Source of the DNA: Smithella sp.
Lineage (GTDB): Bacteria > Desulfobacterota > Syntrophia > Syntrophales > Smithellaceae
Direction: 5' to 3'
Length of the DNA: 64,000 nt
Assembly: GCA_049523355.1 (NCBI GenBank)
Contig: JBEKMY010000022.1
Location: 7,440 to 71,439 of the forward strand
Shown: positions 1 to 8,771 of the stretch, in pieces
Position numbering within the stretch: the stretch's first letter is position 1
Layout: each line of letters starts with the position of its first letter
Made by a program: the position numbers and the translations under genes
Notes under the pieces: generated by a model
The model's database searches: none
What the model saw: only the letters and a program-made list of their open reading frames with translations
What the model was told of the DNA's origin: nothing

Positions 1-2
1 AC

Positions 3-572
3 CTTATTGTAATAACGGATTGTATTTGCAGAAAAAGCAAGTCGGTTATTGGCAAAGCATGCGAAAAACCGGTTGAGGTATGTTTTATGTTCGGGTCTAT
101 GGCAAAATATTATCTTGATAATAAGATGGGGCGGGAAATTTCGTATGATGAAGGTGTAGCTATCCTGACCGAAGCGCAGAAGGCCGGTCTTGTTACCCAA
201 CCGGCAACTTCACAGAATCCCGGCGGCATATGTAACTGCTGTGGCGATTGTTGCGGAGTTTTAAGAGCGATAAAATTAGATCCGAAACCAGCCGATTTAG
301 TCTATTCCAACCATCAGGCCGCAGTGACCGGTGAAAACTGTTCCGGATGCGAAATCTGCATCGATAGGTGCCAGATGGATGCTATTGCAATTGATCATGA
401 AGGAATCGCCGTAATTGATTACGACAGATGTATCGGTTGCGGGCTCTGTGTTATTACCTGCCCATCCGACGCGATTATTCTTGAAAAGAAACCCCAAGAG
501 AAGAGAAAAATCCCTCCGAAAAATTCTTCTGAGCAGATGCTTGCTCTGGCAAGGAAGAGAGGGGTTATATAA
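3..572 (+). CDS. Cys-rich 4Fe-4S ferredoxin-domain protein, C-terminal part (5' end outside window)
   Basis: The frame is open from nt 3 (LIVITDCICRKSK...) into ORF 87..572. Motifs CNCCGDCCG, CSGCEICIDRC and CIGCGLCVITCP (CxxCxxCxxxCP). Confidence 0.7.
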   Translation, partial: LIVITDCICRKSKSVIGKACEKPVEVCFMFGSMAKYYLDNKMGREISYDEGVAILTEAQKAGLVTQPATSQNPGGICNCCGDCCGVLRAIKLDPKPADLVYSNHQAAVTGENCSGCEICIDRCQMDAIAIDHEGIAVIDYDRCIGCGLCVITCPSDAIILEKKPQEKRKIPPKNSSEQMLALARKRGVI

Positions 573-696
573 ATTCGCAAGCGAGCAAACACCTTCGCTT
601 TGCTTTGGGGTAAGCAAGCTATTACAGAGTTATAATTCTCCTTAATAATCGAAGATTATCCGCGGTTTGCTGCAGAGAGCTTCAATGCATTCATTT

Positions 697-1164
697 TTAT
701 TGCGTTGAGTTTCCTGATTTAAGTTGCCTGATTAAAAAGCTATCGAGTTGATTGGCAAAGGCCTGGCGGTCTTTTGCGTTGAAAACAGAGGGGCCGCCTG
801 TTATCGTGCCGTTGTTTCTTAGTTCATTGAGCAAATCACGCATGGCCAGCCGGTCTTTGATATTATGTTCGGTATAGAGTTTTCCTCTGGGGTTCATCGC
901 GAACGCTTTTTGAGTGATCACCCGATCGGCAAGCGGGATATCGGCTGTGATCACGAGGTCACCCTGCTGCACCAGTTCTGCAATGCGATCATCGGCCACA
1001 TCGGGACCATCCGGAACCAAAATGACTGAAATATGGGCGTGCTTGTCCAGCCGCAAAGGTTTATTCGCGACAAAAATCAGCGGCACATTCAGGCGTAAAG
1101 AGGCCTTAATCAAAATATCCTTAATTACGTTCGGAAATGCGTCCGCATCAACAAATATCCGCAT
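697..1164 (-). CDS. yaiI: YaiI/YqxD family protein (UPF0178/DUF188)
   Basis: MRIFVDADAFPNVIKDIL...DLVITADIPLA...LAMRDLLNELR aligns by eye along its full length with E. coli YaiI. Confidence 0.85.
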   Translation of the reverse strand: MRIFVDADAFPNVIKDILIKASLRLNVPLIFVANKPLRLDKHAHISVILVPDGPDVADDRIAELVQQGDLVITADIPLADRVITQKAFAMNPRGKLYTEHNIKDRLAMRDLLNELRNNGTITGGPSVFNAKDRQAFANQLDSFLIRQLKSGNSTQ

Positions 1165-1342
1165 AAATACTTTTCAATCCGACTGCTATCATTACGGGAA
1201 CACCAACCGTTGCGATAATACGCTTGGATTCATATTCCTCTAAGGTCTGTCGGCCGATTTCGACTGCTTTAAGTAAAAGTTCCTTCACAATATTTTCGCT
1301 CTTTAACATACGGGAGTTGTCACGATGCGACATTTTCCTCAT
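1148..1342 (-). CDS. small hypothetical protein
   Basis: 64-aa ORF wedged between two same-strand genes, with short overlaps at both ends. No recognisable motif. Confidence 0.3.
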   Translation of the reverse strand: MRKMSHRDNSRMLKSENIVKELLLKAVEIGRQTLEEYESKRIIATVGVPVMIAVGLKSIYADIC

Positions 1343-2753
1343 TACGGATAAGCTTTTTGCCGCATGAGTCTACATCAGATGCTATAAAATTTCTTTTCAG
1401 CAGGGACTCATAATAGTAATTTGAAACGGATAGTGCCCGCACTGCCTGTTCCGCTGTTTCGAATATCGGGATATGGTGCTTGGCGCGAATGGCAATGGAC
1501 TTGGCTATAGCGTTTGGTGTGTAGACGGCCGCTGGTTTATCGTAATGCTTGCAAATCTTCATCAGTTCCAGGAGAGTATCGATCACGAAAGGTTGCCAGA
1601 CACTCAGAAGGGGCAAAAGGCCGTCTACCTCGTCCGCGGAAAGAAGGATCTCGAAGATATCAAGATATGTCTGCGGCGGAGCTGGACCGATATCCACGGG
1701 GTTTTTAACATTAAAGACCTGTCCGGCTTTTTTCAACTTCTCCTGTGTCTGCGAGGATAGGCGTACCACCTGCAAACCCGCTTCCACCAGCAGGTCCGCA
1801 CTGATGCTGCCGAATGCCCCGGAATTTGTAAACATGGCAATCCGCTTTCCTTTCAAAAGAGGCATTTCCGTGAACATCTTGGGAAGAGAATGGAGTTCAT
1901 CGATTGATTTAAGACGGATGATCCCCGCCTGTTTGCAGGCGCTCTCGAAGATACAATCATTGTTGGCCATCCCAGCCGTATGAGACATGGCGGCCATGGC
2001 ACCCTCCGTGGTTCGGCCCACCTTGTAGATCATGATCGGCTTGCGCGATTTTTTGGCGGCTTCCATTAGTTTGCGGCCATTAGCCACATTTTCCAGATAT
2101 ATGCCAATGACTTCCGTCTCGTCGTGTTGAAAATAATCGATGAGATCTGCCTCATCCACATCGCACTTATTGCCGATACTGACAACTTTGTTCACACCGA
2201 CGAGGTCGTAATAAAGTGACTCCATGACCAGTACAGCAATGCCGCCACTCTGGATGATATAGGAAATAGTGCCCGGGGCCTCAAAAATCTGGTTCATTTC
2301 GACCAGGCTTGGGTTGACGCCGTAGAAACAGCAGAATTTTTTGCGGGTGTCCAATGTCCCCAGGCAATTCGGCCCCATTATACGGATTCCATTAGCCCTG
2401 GCGACATCGTCGATCTCGCACTGCATTGCCTCACCTTCTTGACCGCCTTCGGAAAAACCGGCGCTCTCGATGATTATCCGTTTGATTCCTTTGCGGGCGC
2501 AATCCTTGATAATGCCGGGAACGTTTTTTGCGGCTACGATGATTACCGCAAGATCGGGTGTTTCCGGGAGATCAATCAATGATGAATATCCCGGGTAGCC
2601 GTTCACTGCTTCCCCTTTTGAATTCAACGCGTATACGGCTCCCGTATACTGGAGATAATCCTTCAGCATGATGCAGATCGTGGCTCCCAGGTTGAAGGGG
2701 GTATTTGAGGCGCCGATGACAACAACTGATTTTGGATCGAAAAATGTTTCCAT
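1320..2753 (-). CDS. CoA-binding / ADP-forming acyl-CoA synthetase alpha-type protein
   Basis: N-terminal PKSVVVIGAS CoA-binding Rossmann signature, followed by a succinyl-CoA-ligase-like flavodoxin domain (IMGPNCLG, SGG). 477 aa. Confidence 0.8.
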   Translation of the reverse strand: METFFDPKSVVVIGASNTPFNLGATICIMLKDYLQYTGAVYALNSKGEAVNGYPGYSSLIDLPETPDLAVIIVAAKNVPGIIKDCARKGIKRIIIESAGFSEGGQEGEAMQCEIDDVARANGIRIMGPNCLGTLDTRKKFCCFYGVNPSLVEMNQIFEAPGTISYIIQSGGIAVLVMESLYYDLVGVNKVVSIGNKCDVDEADLIDYFQHDETEVIGIYLENVANGRKLMEAAKKSRKPIMIYKVGRTTEGAMAAMSHTAGMANNDCIFESACKQAGIIRLKSIDELHSLPKMFTEMPLLKGKRIAMFTNSGAFGSISADLLVEAGLQVVRLSSQTQEKLKKAGQVFNVKNPVDIGPAPPQTYLDIFEILLSADEVDGLLPLLSVWQPFVIDTLLELMKICKHYDKPAAVYTPNAIAKSIAIRAKHHIPIFETAEQAVRALSVSNYYYESLLKRNFIASDVDSCGKKLIRNEENVAS

Positions 2754-3133
2754 GTGCTGCTCACTTTTGATAAGATTTTTAAAACGTTTTTAAGTAGTCA
2801 AATCATTCAACCTTTGTCAAGAAAGAAAAATTAGTATTTCCTGACGAGGAATCATTTTTCTATTATAATTCCGGCAGTTATGATGTAATAATAAATACAT
2901 TGAATTCGTAAGCGGGTAAACACCCTGGCTTTAGAGTCAGCAAGCTATTATTGAATCATATAATACTTAAGAACCGAAGCTCTTCGCGACTTGCCGCGGT
3001 GAGCTTCAACAAGCAGAAGGCAACCTCAAAATTTTCTTGACCAGTATGTTCATTGTTTATATATACGCCAATCCCATGTAAGGAAGCCCTCTGCTTGACG
3101 CAAGACAAGAATAAATTCAAACAATCTGCTCGA

Positions 3134-3598
3134 ATGGCCCGTGCGAAAGCCTGCGGCCGCCGCACGCAGGTGCGCGAGTCGGGTATCCACGGTAAGGGCA
3201 TCTACGCCATCCGTCCCATCAAGGCCGGCAATAGAGTGCTGGAGTATAAGGGTAAGATCATTACATGGCGGAAGGCTCAGGCTCTCCACCCCCATGATCC
3301 CAGCCAACCCAACCACACCTTCTATTTCCACCTGGACGACGGGCACGTCATCGATGCCAAACAAGGTGGCAATACCGCCAAATGGATCAATCACTCCTGC
3401 GAACCCAATCTGGAAGCCGAACAGGATGGCATGCGCGTTTTTCTTAAAGCCCTGCGCGACATCAAAGTCGGTGAAGAGCTATTTTACGATTATGGTCTGA
3501 TCATCGATGGCCGGATAACACAAAAGCTCAAGAAGGAACATGCTTGCCTGTGCAATGCGCCCAATTGCCGCGGCACGATGTTAGCCTATAAAGGATAA
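3134..3598 (+). CDS. SET domain protein (putative protein-lysine N-methyltransferase)
   Basis: GIHGKGIYA, NHSCEPNL and ELFYDYG SET motifs, plus the post-SET cysteine cluster CLCNAPNCRG. Start chosen at MARAK; the upstream ATG at 3053 is possible. Confidence 0.8.
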   Translation: MARAKACGRRTQVRESGIHGKGIYAIRPIKAGNRVLEYKGKIITWRKAQALHPHDPSQPNHTFYFHLDDGHVIDAKQGGNTAKWINHSCEPNLEAEQDGMRVFLKALRDIKVGEELFYDYGLIIDGRITQKLKKEHACLCNAPNCRGTMLAYKG

Positions 3599-3714
3599 CA
3601 ACAGTTATCATACCGTTTCGAAATGCTATCCGTTCACAGTACTTATTTAATTTAATCCGGAATTACATCAATCTCATCAAATGCCGTGAATATAATCCGT
3701 TTTTAAAATTTCTC

Positions 3715-3743
3715 TTGACAAATGTTTTTAGTTTAATTATGAA
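3715..3743 (+). promoter_or_regulatory. sigma-70-type promoter of the aro leader
   Basis: TTGACA (3715-3720), 17 nt, TATGAA (3738-3743). About 27 nt upstream of the leader ATG. Confidence 0.5.
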
Positions 3744-3769
3744 GTCCTAGAATAAAGGATAAATTTTTC

Positions 3770-3868
3770 ATGATGGACAGAAAACTAAATGTAAATAACA
3801 ATATTTATGGTTATTGGTTTTATACCTATTTTACATTGGTCTGCCCGTCGCTGAAGAGGACTTGTTAA
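3770..3868 (+). CDS. aromatic-codon-rich leader peptide (32 aa) MMDRKLNVNNNIYGYWFYTYFTLVCPSLKRTC
   Basis: AAGGA lies 9 nt upstream of the ATG. Codons 3806-3832 read Y-G-Y-W-F-Y-T-Y-F. The ORF sits directly upstream of terminator-like hairpins and of aroF. It is too short for the ORF track. Confidence 0.6.
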   Translation: MMDRKLNVNNNIYGYWFYTYFTLVCPSLKRTC

Positions 3869-3880
3869 GGTAAAATAAAC

Positions 3881-3963
3881 CAAAACAGCCATGGGTAGAT
3901 CGAAAGAGCTTCCATGGCTTTACTGTTTTTAAGGCCATGGCGGCAAAAGTCATGGCCTTTTTT
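3881..3963 (+). promoter_or_regulatory. attenuator region with four CCATGG-core segments capable of alternative pairing
   Basis: A 3886-3894 cagccatgg, B 3912-3919 ccatggct, C 3933-3940 ggccatgg, D 3951-3957 catggcc. A:B and C:D can coexist; B:C excludes both. Confidence 0.55.
3931..3963 (+). terminator. rho-independent terminator hairpin 22 nt before the aroF start
   Basis: aaggccatg / catggcctt, a 9-bp stem with an 11-nt loop, followed by TTTTTT. Confidence 0.6.
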
Positions 3964-3984
3964 ATTATTCAGGAGGAGAGAATA

Positions 3985-4995
3985 ATGATCATTGTAATGA
4001 AAAATCATGCAACCGAAAAACAAATTGAAGATGTGGTTCACTGGATTGAGTCTGTCGGATATAAAGCGCATCCTTCAATCGGCGTTGAAAGGACAATCAT
4101 CGGGGCAGTCGGCGATAATCGTGACAAGGAAATTCTTAAATACGCCGAGTCTTTACCTGGAGTGGAAAAAACAATGCCTATTTTAAAGCCATACAAACTG
4201 GCAAGCCGTGAATCGCACGAAGGCAATACCATTGTCTCGGTTGGTTCGATTAAAATCGGCGGGCCGGAATTCGTAGTAATAGCCGGTCCCTGCGCGATTG
4301 AAAGCGAAGAACAATTGCTGGAGTCCGCCTATGTCGTTCAAAAAGGAGGCGCTCAGATTCTCAGGGGCGGCGCCTACAAGCCGCGCACATCGCCATACAG
4401 TTTCCAGGGCATGGAGGAAGAAGGCTTGAAAGTATTAAATGAAGTCAGCGTGAGAACGGGTCTGCCGACGGTTACCGAAGTGGTTAATCCGGCTGATGTT
4501 GATATTGTGGAATCCTTCGCCGATATGCTGCAAATCGGCGCGCGCAATGCGCAAAATTTCGCTTTGCTGAAAAAAGTCGGTCACTCACGCAAGCCTGTGC
4601 TTTTGAAAAGAGGCATGATGACAACTATCGAAGAGTTGCTTATGTCCGCGGAATACATTCTCTCCGAAGGTAATCCCAATGTAATCCTTTGTGAACGCGG
4701 CATCAGAACTTTTGAAACGGCCACGAGAAACACTCTGGATTTAAGCGCTGTTCCGGTGTTGAAAGGCTTGACGCATCTGCCGGTTATTGTTGATCCCAGC
4801 CATGCAGCCGGTAACTGGAAGTATGTTATTCCGTTATCCCGCGCGGCGGTCGCGGTTGGCGCTGACGGCCTTATTGTGGAAGTTCATCCGCAGCCGGAAA
4901 AAGCTGTTTCCGACGGAGCACAGTCACTCAAGCCGGAAAAATTCTACCAAATGATGGATGAATTAAGAGCGCTTACCGCGGTAATGAGGCGTTAG
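3985..4995 (+). CDS. aroF: 3-deoxy-7-phosphoheptulonate (DAHP) synthase, type I-beta with N-terminal ferredoxin-like regulatory domain
   Basis: Near-colinear with Thermotoga-type DAH7PS ([41 protein letters not shown]). AGGAGG RBS before the ATG at 3985. Confidence 0.92.
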   Translation: MIIVMKNHATEKQIEDVVHWIESVGYKAHPSIGVERTIIGAVGDNRDKEILKYAESLPGVEKTMPILKPYKLASRESHEGNTIVSVGSIKIGGPEFVVIAGPCAIESEEQLLESAYVVQKGGAQILRGGAYKPRTSPYSFQGMEEEGLKVLNEVSVRTGLPTVTEVVNPADVDIVESFADMLQIGARNAQNFALLKKVGHSRKPVLLKRGMMTTIEELLMSAEYILSEGNPNVILCERGIRTFETATRNTLDLSAVPVLKGLTHLPVIVDPSHAAGNWKYVIPLSRAAVAVGADGLIVEVHPQPEKAVSDGAQSLKPEKFYQMMDELRALTAVMRR

Positions 4996-5026
4996 AGTGT
5001 TTTTGTAAAGGAAGAAAAGGTGGGAT

Positions 5027-6118
5027 ATGCGAACGATAAAAGTTAATCTGGATAAAAAGTGCTTATCATCTTATGAAATACACATAGGCCCGGACATACT
5101 GGACCGGACGATGCTGCTTATAGCTAAAAATCATAAGGCGGGATATTACGCGGTGATTACTGACAATTGTGTAGGCGGTCTTTACGGGAAAAAGTTTCTT
5201 GCCGGTTTGAAAGATATCGGATTGAACGCGTTTTTGATTGAATTTCCCGCAGGCGAGGCTTCCAAAAATATTGATACTGTGCTTGATATCGCGGGAAAAT
5301 TAATGGAGGCGGGAGCCGACAGGGAGACGTGCCTTATTGCATTGGGCGGCGGTGTTGTCGGCGATATTGCCGGTTTTGTCGCTTCTATATTTATGCGCGG
5401 TGTTCCTTATATTCAGATTCCAACCACATTGGTCGCGCAAGTGGATAGCAGCATTGGCGGAAAAACGGGCATTGACCTTTCTTACGGAAAAAATTTGCTG
5501 GGGACTTTTTACCAGCCGCGTGCCGTGTTCGCGAATTTGAATTTTTTGGAAACGCTGCCGGAAAAAGAATTTAACAACGGTCTTGCGGAAATTATTAAAT
5601 ACGGAATTATTGACGATGAAAAAATGTTTCGTGCTCTGGAGTGCAACATGGACGCGATAAAATCAAAAGACCGGAAACTATTGCTTAATCTTGTGGAGAG
5701 TTGTTGCCGCATCAAGAAATCAATTGTCGAGATTGATGAAAAAGAGCAGGGATTGAGGCGTATTCTTAATTTTGGCCATACGCTGGGGCACGCACTGGAA
5801 ACAATTTCTCAATATACTATAACGCATGGCGAAGGCGTTGCTTTGGGAATGATAGCGGCGGCGGGTATTTCCGAAAAAATGGGCTATCTGAAAAACGATG
5901 AAACCATGCGTATCGAAGCTCTTGTCAGCCAAGCGGGACTTCCCGTAAAAATACCGAAGTCTCTCGATCGCGATGAGATTATTGCCCGGTTACGGATGGA
6001 TAAGAAGAAAAAAGGTGATATCATTCATTTTGTCTTGTTAAAAAAAATAGGAATGCCTTTTATCGATAAAAGCATTGAACCGAAACTTATTGCCGCAGTG
6101 ATTGAGGAGATGAAATAA
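5027..6118 (+). CDS. aroB: 3-dehydroquinate synthase
   Basis: GGGVVGDIAGFVA, PTTLVAQVDSSIGGKTG and LNFGHTLGHALE motifs. Confidence 0.92.
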   Translation: MRTIKVNLDKKCLSSYEIHIGPDILDRTMLLIAKNHKAGYYAVITDNCVGGLYGKKFLAGLKDIGLNAFLIEFPAGEASKNIDTVLDIAGKLMEAGADRETCLIALGGGVVGDIAGFVASIFMRGVPYIQIPTTLVAQVDSSIGGKTGIDLSYGKNLLGTFYQPRAVFANLNFLETLPEKEFNNGLAEIIKYGIIDDEKMFRALECNMDAIKSKDRKLLLNLVESCCRIKKSIVEIDEKEQGLRRILNFGHTLGHALETISQYTITHGEGVALGMIAAAGISEKMGYLKNDETMRIEALVSQAGLPVKIPKSLDRDEIIARLRMDKKKKGDIIHFVLLKKIGMPFIDKSIEPKLIAAVIEEMK

Positions 6119-7200
6119 TGAAGCCGCGAAGTTTGGAAATCTTAAGGGGAAAAATGAAAGAAAAAGACAAAGAAATCATCCGTCTTTTAAATGAACGATC
6201 GCAAATATCCGTCCAGATAGGCAAGGTTAAGGGAGAAGGTGGAATACAGGTATATGATCCCTCTCAGGAGGCAAAAGTTTACAATTATTTGCAGGAGTTA
6301 AATTCGGGTCCGCTCAGGCCTGCGGCAGTAAAGGCGATTTTCCGGGAAATTGTTTCTGCATCGCGCGATTTACAGCGGCCAACGACAATCGCTTTTCTGG
6401 GGCCGGAAGCCACATTTTCTCATTTGGTGTCCAAACTGCATTTCGGGGACTCCTGCCGATTCTTTCCCCAGAATGGAATCGCCCGGGTTTTTGATGAGGT
6501 GGAAAAAGGTACAGTGGATTGGGGTGTGGTTCCTGTGGAAAATTCTCTGGAGGGTTCTGTAAATGTTACACTTGATCGCCTGATTTTGACGCCCCTGAAA
6601 ATCAGGGCGGAGATTTATCTGCGCATCAACGAGTGTTTGATTTCGTCGGCAACAAGCCTCAAAGGCATAAAAAATATTTATTCCCATCCTCAGCCACTGG
6701 CTCAATGTCAGTCATGGCTCAGGACGAATATGCCGAATTGTACACTGGGCGAGATGGAGAGTACTGCCGCCGCAGTTCAAAGAGTGCGTGGTAAAAAGAC
6801 CGAAGCGGCAATAGGCAGTTCGTTGGCTGCCGAATGTTACGGACTGAACATACTGGCGGAGGGTATTGAAGATAATTCTTCCAATATGACCCGTTTTTTG
6901 GTTATTGGCAGGGGAGAAAGCTCGGCTACAGGCAATGATAAAACTTCCCTGATTTTCGCCACACCTCATTCTCCCGGTTCTCTTCATAGCGCTCTGTCGT
7001 CATTTGCCCGGCGAAAAATTAATCTGGCGAAAATAGAATCGCATCCTGTAAAGGATAAATTATGGGAATACAGTTTTTTTGTGGATTTGATAGGTCACAT
7101 AAAGGACAAGTATGTAAAGAGCTGTTTGCTGGAATTGAAGAAAAAAACTACTTTTTTGAAGATATTAGGTTCATACCCTAAAAATGAAGGCGCATTATGA
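6118..7200 (+). CDS. pheA: bifunctional chorismate mutase / prephenate dehydratase (P-protein)
   Basis: N-terminal CM helix (LRGKMKEKDKEIIRLLNERSQISVQIG), a PDT domain (AFLGPEATFSH, VPVENSLEGSV, TRFLVIG) and a C-terminal ACT domain. Confidence 0.9.
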   Translation: MKPRSLEILRGKMKEKDKEIIRLLNERSQISVQIGKVKGEGGIQVYDPSQEAKVYNYLQELNSGPLRPAAVKAIFREIVSASRDLQRPTTIAFLGPEATFSHLVSKLHFGDSCRFFPQNGIARVFDEVEKGTVDWGVVPVENSLEGSVNVTLDRLILTPLKIRAEIYLRINECLISSATSLKGIKNIYSHPQPLAQCQSWLRTNMPNCTLGEMESTAAAVQRVRGKKTEAAIGSSLAAECYGLNILAEGIEDNSSNMTRFLVIGRGESSATGNDKTSLIFATPHSPGSLHSALSSFARRKINLAKIESHPVKDKLWEYSFFVDLIGHIKDKYVKSCLLELKKKTTFLKILGSYPKNEGAL

Positions 7201-8771
7201 TTTGTATTCCCATTACCTCCGGCACAAATAAAGAAGCCATACGCGCAATAGAAAGAAGTTGCCGGTTTGCCGATTTTATCGAATTGAGAATGGATTTAAT
7301 CGGGGGAGGAAATCTTTCCCAATTGATTTCCGCCGCCCGCGACAAATCCGTTTCGATTAAAATAATTGTCACGTGCAGGAAAAAAGAAGAAGCGGCTCCT
7401 GCCCCGGCAGCCAATCGTGTCGAAAGCGCTGCGGGAAAGATAATCGACAAAAAAATTACTTTGTTCAAAGAGGCAATCGAACTGGGCGCGGATTTTATTG
7501 ATATCGAACTTGCCGAAGGCCGGATGGCGATCAGGGAGCTTAAATCTTTTTGTGCCAAATATGGCGGTAAAACAGGAGTCATCGTTTCTTATCATAATCT
7601 TAAAGAAACTCCGGCGTTGACAAAGTTAAAAGAAATATTTCATAAGTGCGCGCAGTCGAAACCGGATGTTATAAAGATAGTCACACTGGCGAAAACTTTT
7701 GAAGATAATCTGACAACGCTAAGTTTGATTCCTTACGCGCAAAAGCATTCTCAGAAAATAATTTCCCTGTGCATGGGAGATAAAGGCCGTATCAGTCGCG
7801 CTGTAGCCCCCTTGATGGGTAATTATTTGAGTTTTGCCACGCTTAGTCGAGAGGGACAATCCGCTCCCGGACAGTTTACCGTTAGGGAGATGAAACAAAT
7901 TAATGAGTTGTTTAAAAGTAAGTGGACTGCGCCCTTGGCGCCGGTATTGTCTTTGCGTAAGTCTTTGCCTCAGAATTATATTTTACTGGGCAATCCGGTA
8001 AGGCAAAGCCTTTCTCCATTGATGCACAACGCGGCTTTGAAAAAAATGGGGATTGAAGGACACTACAACGCTTTTTGCGTTAATGATCTGGCCGGCGCAA
8101 TGCAGGGTATAAAGGGAATGAATATCAGAGGGGCCAGTGTTACCATTCCCTTTAAAGTCGCGGTTATGGAATACATGGATGATATTGACGAAGATGCGCT
8201 GAAAATCGGAGCAATAAACACAATTATCAACAATAATGGTCGCCTGAGAGGTTGCAATACCGATTGGCTGGGATTGATTCTTACGCTTAAAAAAGCAATG
8301 CCGGTTAAAAATAAAACATTTGTAATCATTGGCGCGGGCGGAACAGCGCGGGCGGCTGCTTACGGAATAATGAAGGAAGGCGGATTCCCGATTATCGTTA
8401 ATCGCACGTTGGAAAAAGGAAAGATTTTGTCAGGGATATTGAACTGCCCTTTTTATTCCCTTTCCGAAGTGGGCAGAATTAAGGCTGACTGCCTGATCAA
8501 CACGACGTCTGTGGGTATGTATCCTCGTCAGGATAAATCGCCCGTGAAAATCCCGGCGCTGGCCGGATATAAATATGTTATGGATGTCATTTACAATCCG
8601 CTGACGACAAAATTACTTGCGGATGCTGAAAAACAGGGCTGTCACATTTTTTCAGGTTTGGATATGTTTGTAAATCAGGGAGCTGAGCAATTCCGGTTGT
8701 GGACGGGAAAAGAACCGCCCCGCTCATTGATGAAAAAGGTCATATTGGAGAGGTTAACTCAAATTGAATAA
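7197..8771 (+). CDS. aroDE: fused type I 3-dehydroquinate dehydratase / shikimate 5-dehydrogenase
   Basis: N-terminal half has the type I DHQase pattern (ICIPI..., IELRMD, VIVSYHN, IKIVT). C-terminal half is AroE (LGNPVRQSLSPLMHNAA, GASVTIPFK, NTDWLG, IGAGGTARA). ATGA overlap with pheA. Confidence 0.88.
   Translation: MICIPITSGTNKEAIRAIERSCRFADFIELRMDLIGGGNLSQLISAARDKSVSIKIIVTCRKKEEAAPAPAANRVESAAGKIIDKKITLFKEAIELGADFIDIELAEGRMAIRELKSFCAKYGGKTGVIVSYHNLKETPALTKLKEIFHKCAQSKPDVIKIVTLAKTFEDNLTTLSLIPYAQKHSQKIISLCMGDKGRISRAVAPLMGNYLSFATLSREGQSAPGQFTVREMKQINELFKSKWTAPLAPVLSLRKSLPQNYILLGNPVRQSLSPLMHNAALKKMGIEGHYNAFCVNDLAGAMQGIKGMNIRGASVTIPFKVAVMEYMDDIDEDALKIGAINTIINNNGRLRGCNTDWLGLILTLKKAMPVKNKTFVIIGAGGTARAAAYGIMKEGGFPIIVNRTLEKGKILSGILNCPFYSLSEVGRIKADCLINTTSVGMYPRQDKSPVKIPALAGYKYVMDVIYNPLTTKLLADAEKQGCHIFSGLDMFVNQGAEQFRLWTGKEPPRSLMKKVILERLTQIE

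Noticed and set aside
3053-3133. Upstream start for the SET-domain gene, plus the overlapping ORFs 2956..3201, 3050..3394 and 3141..3500
   Set aside because: Only the frame carrying the SET motifs is credible. The first 27 codons have no support, though the ATG at 3053 cannot be excluded.
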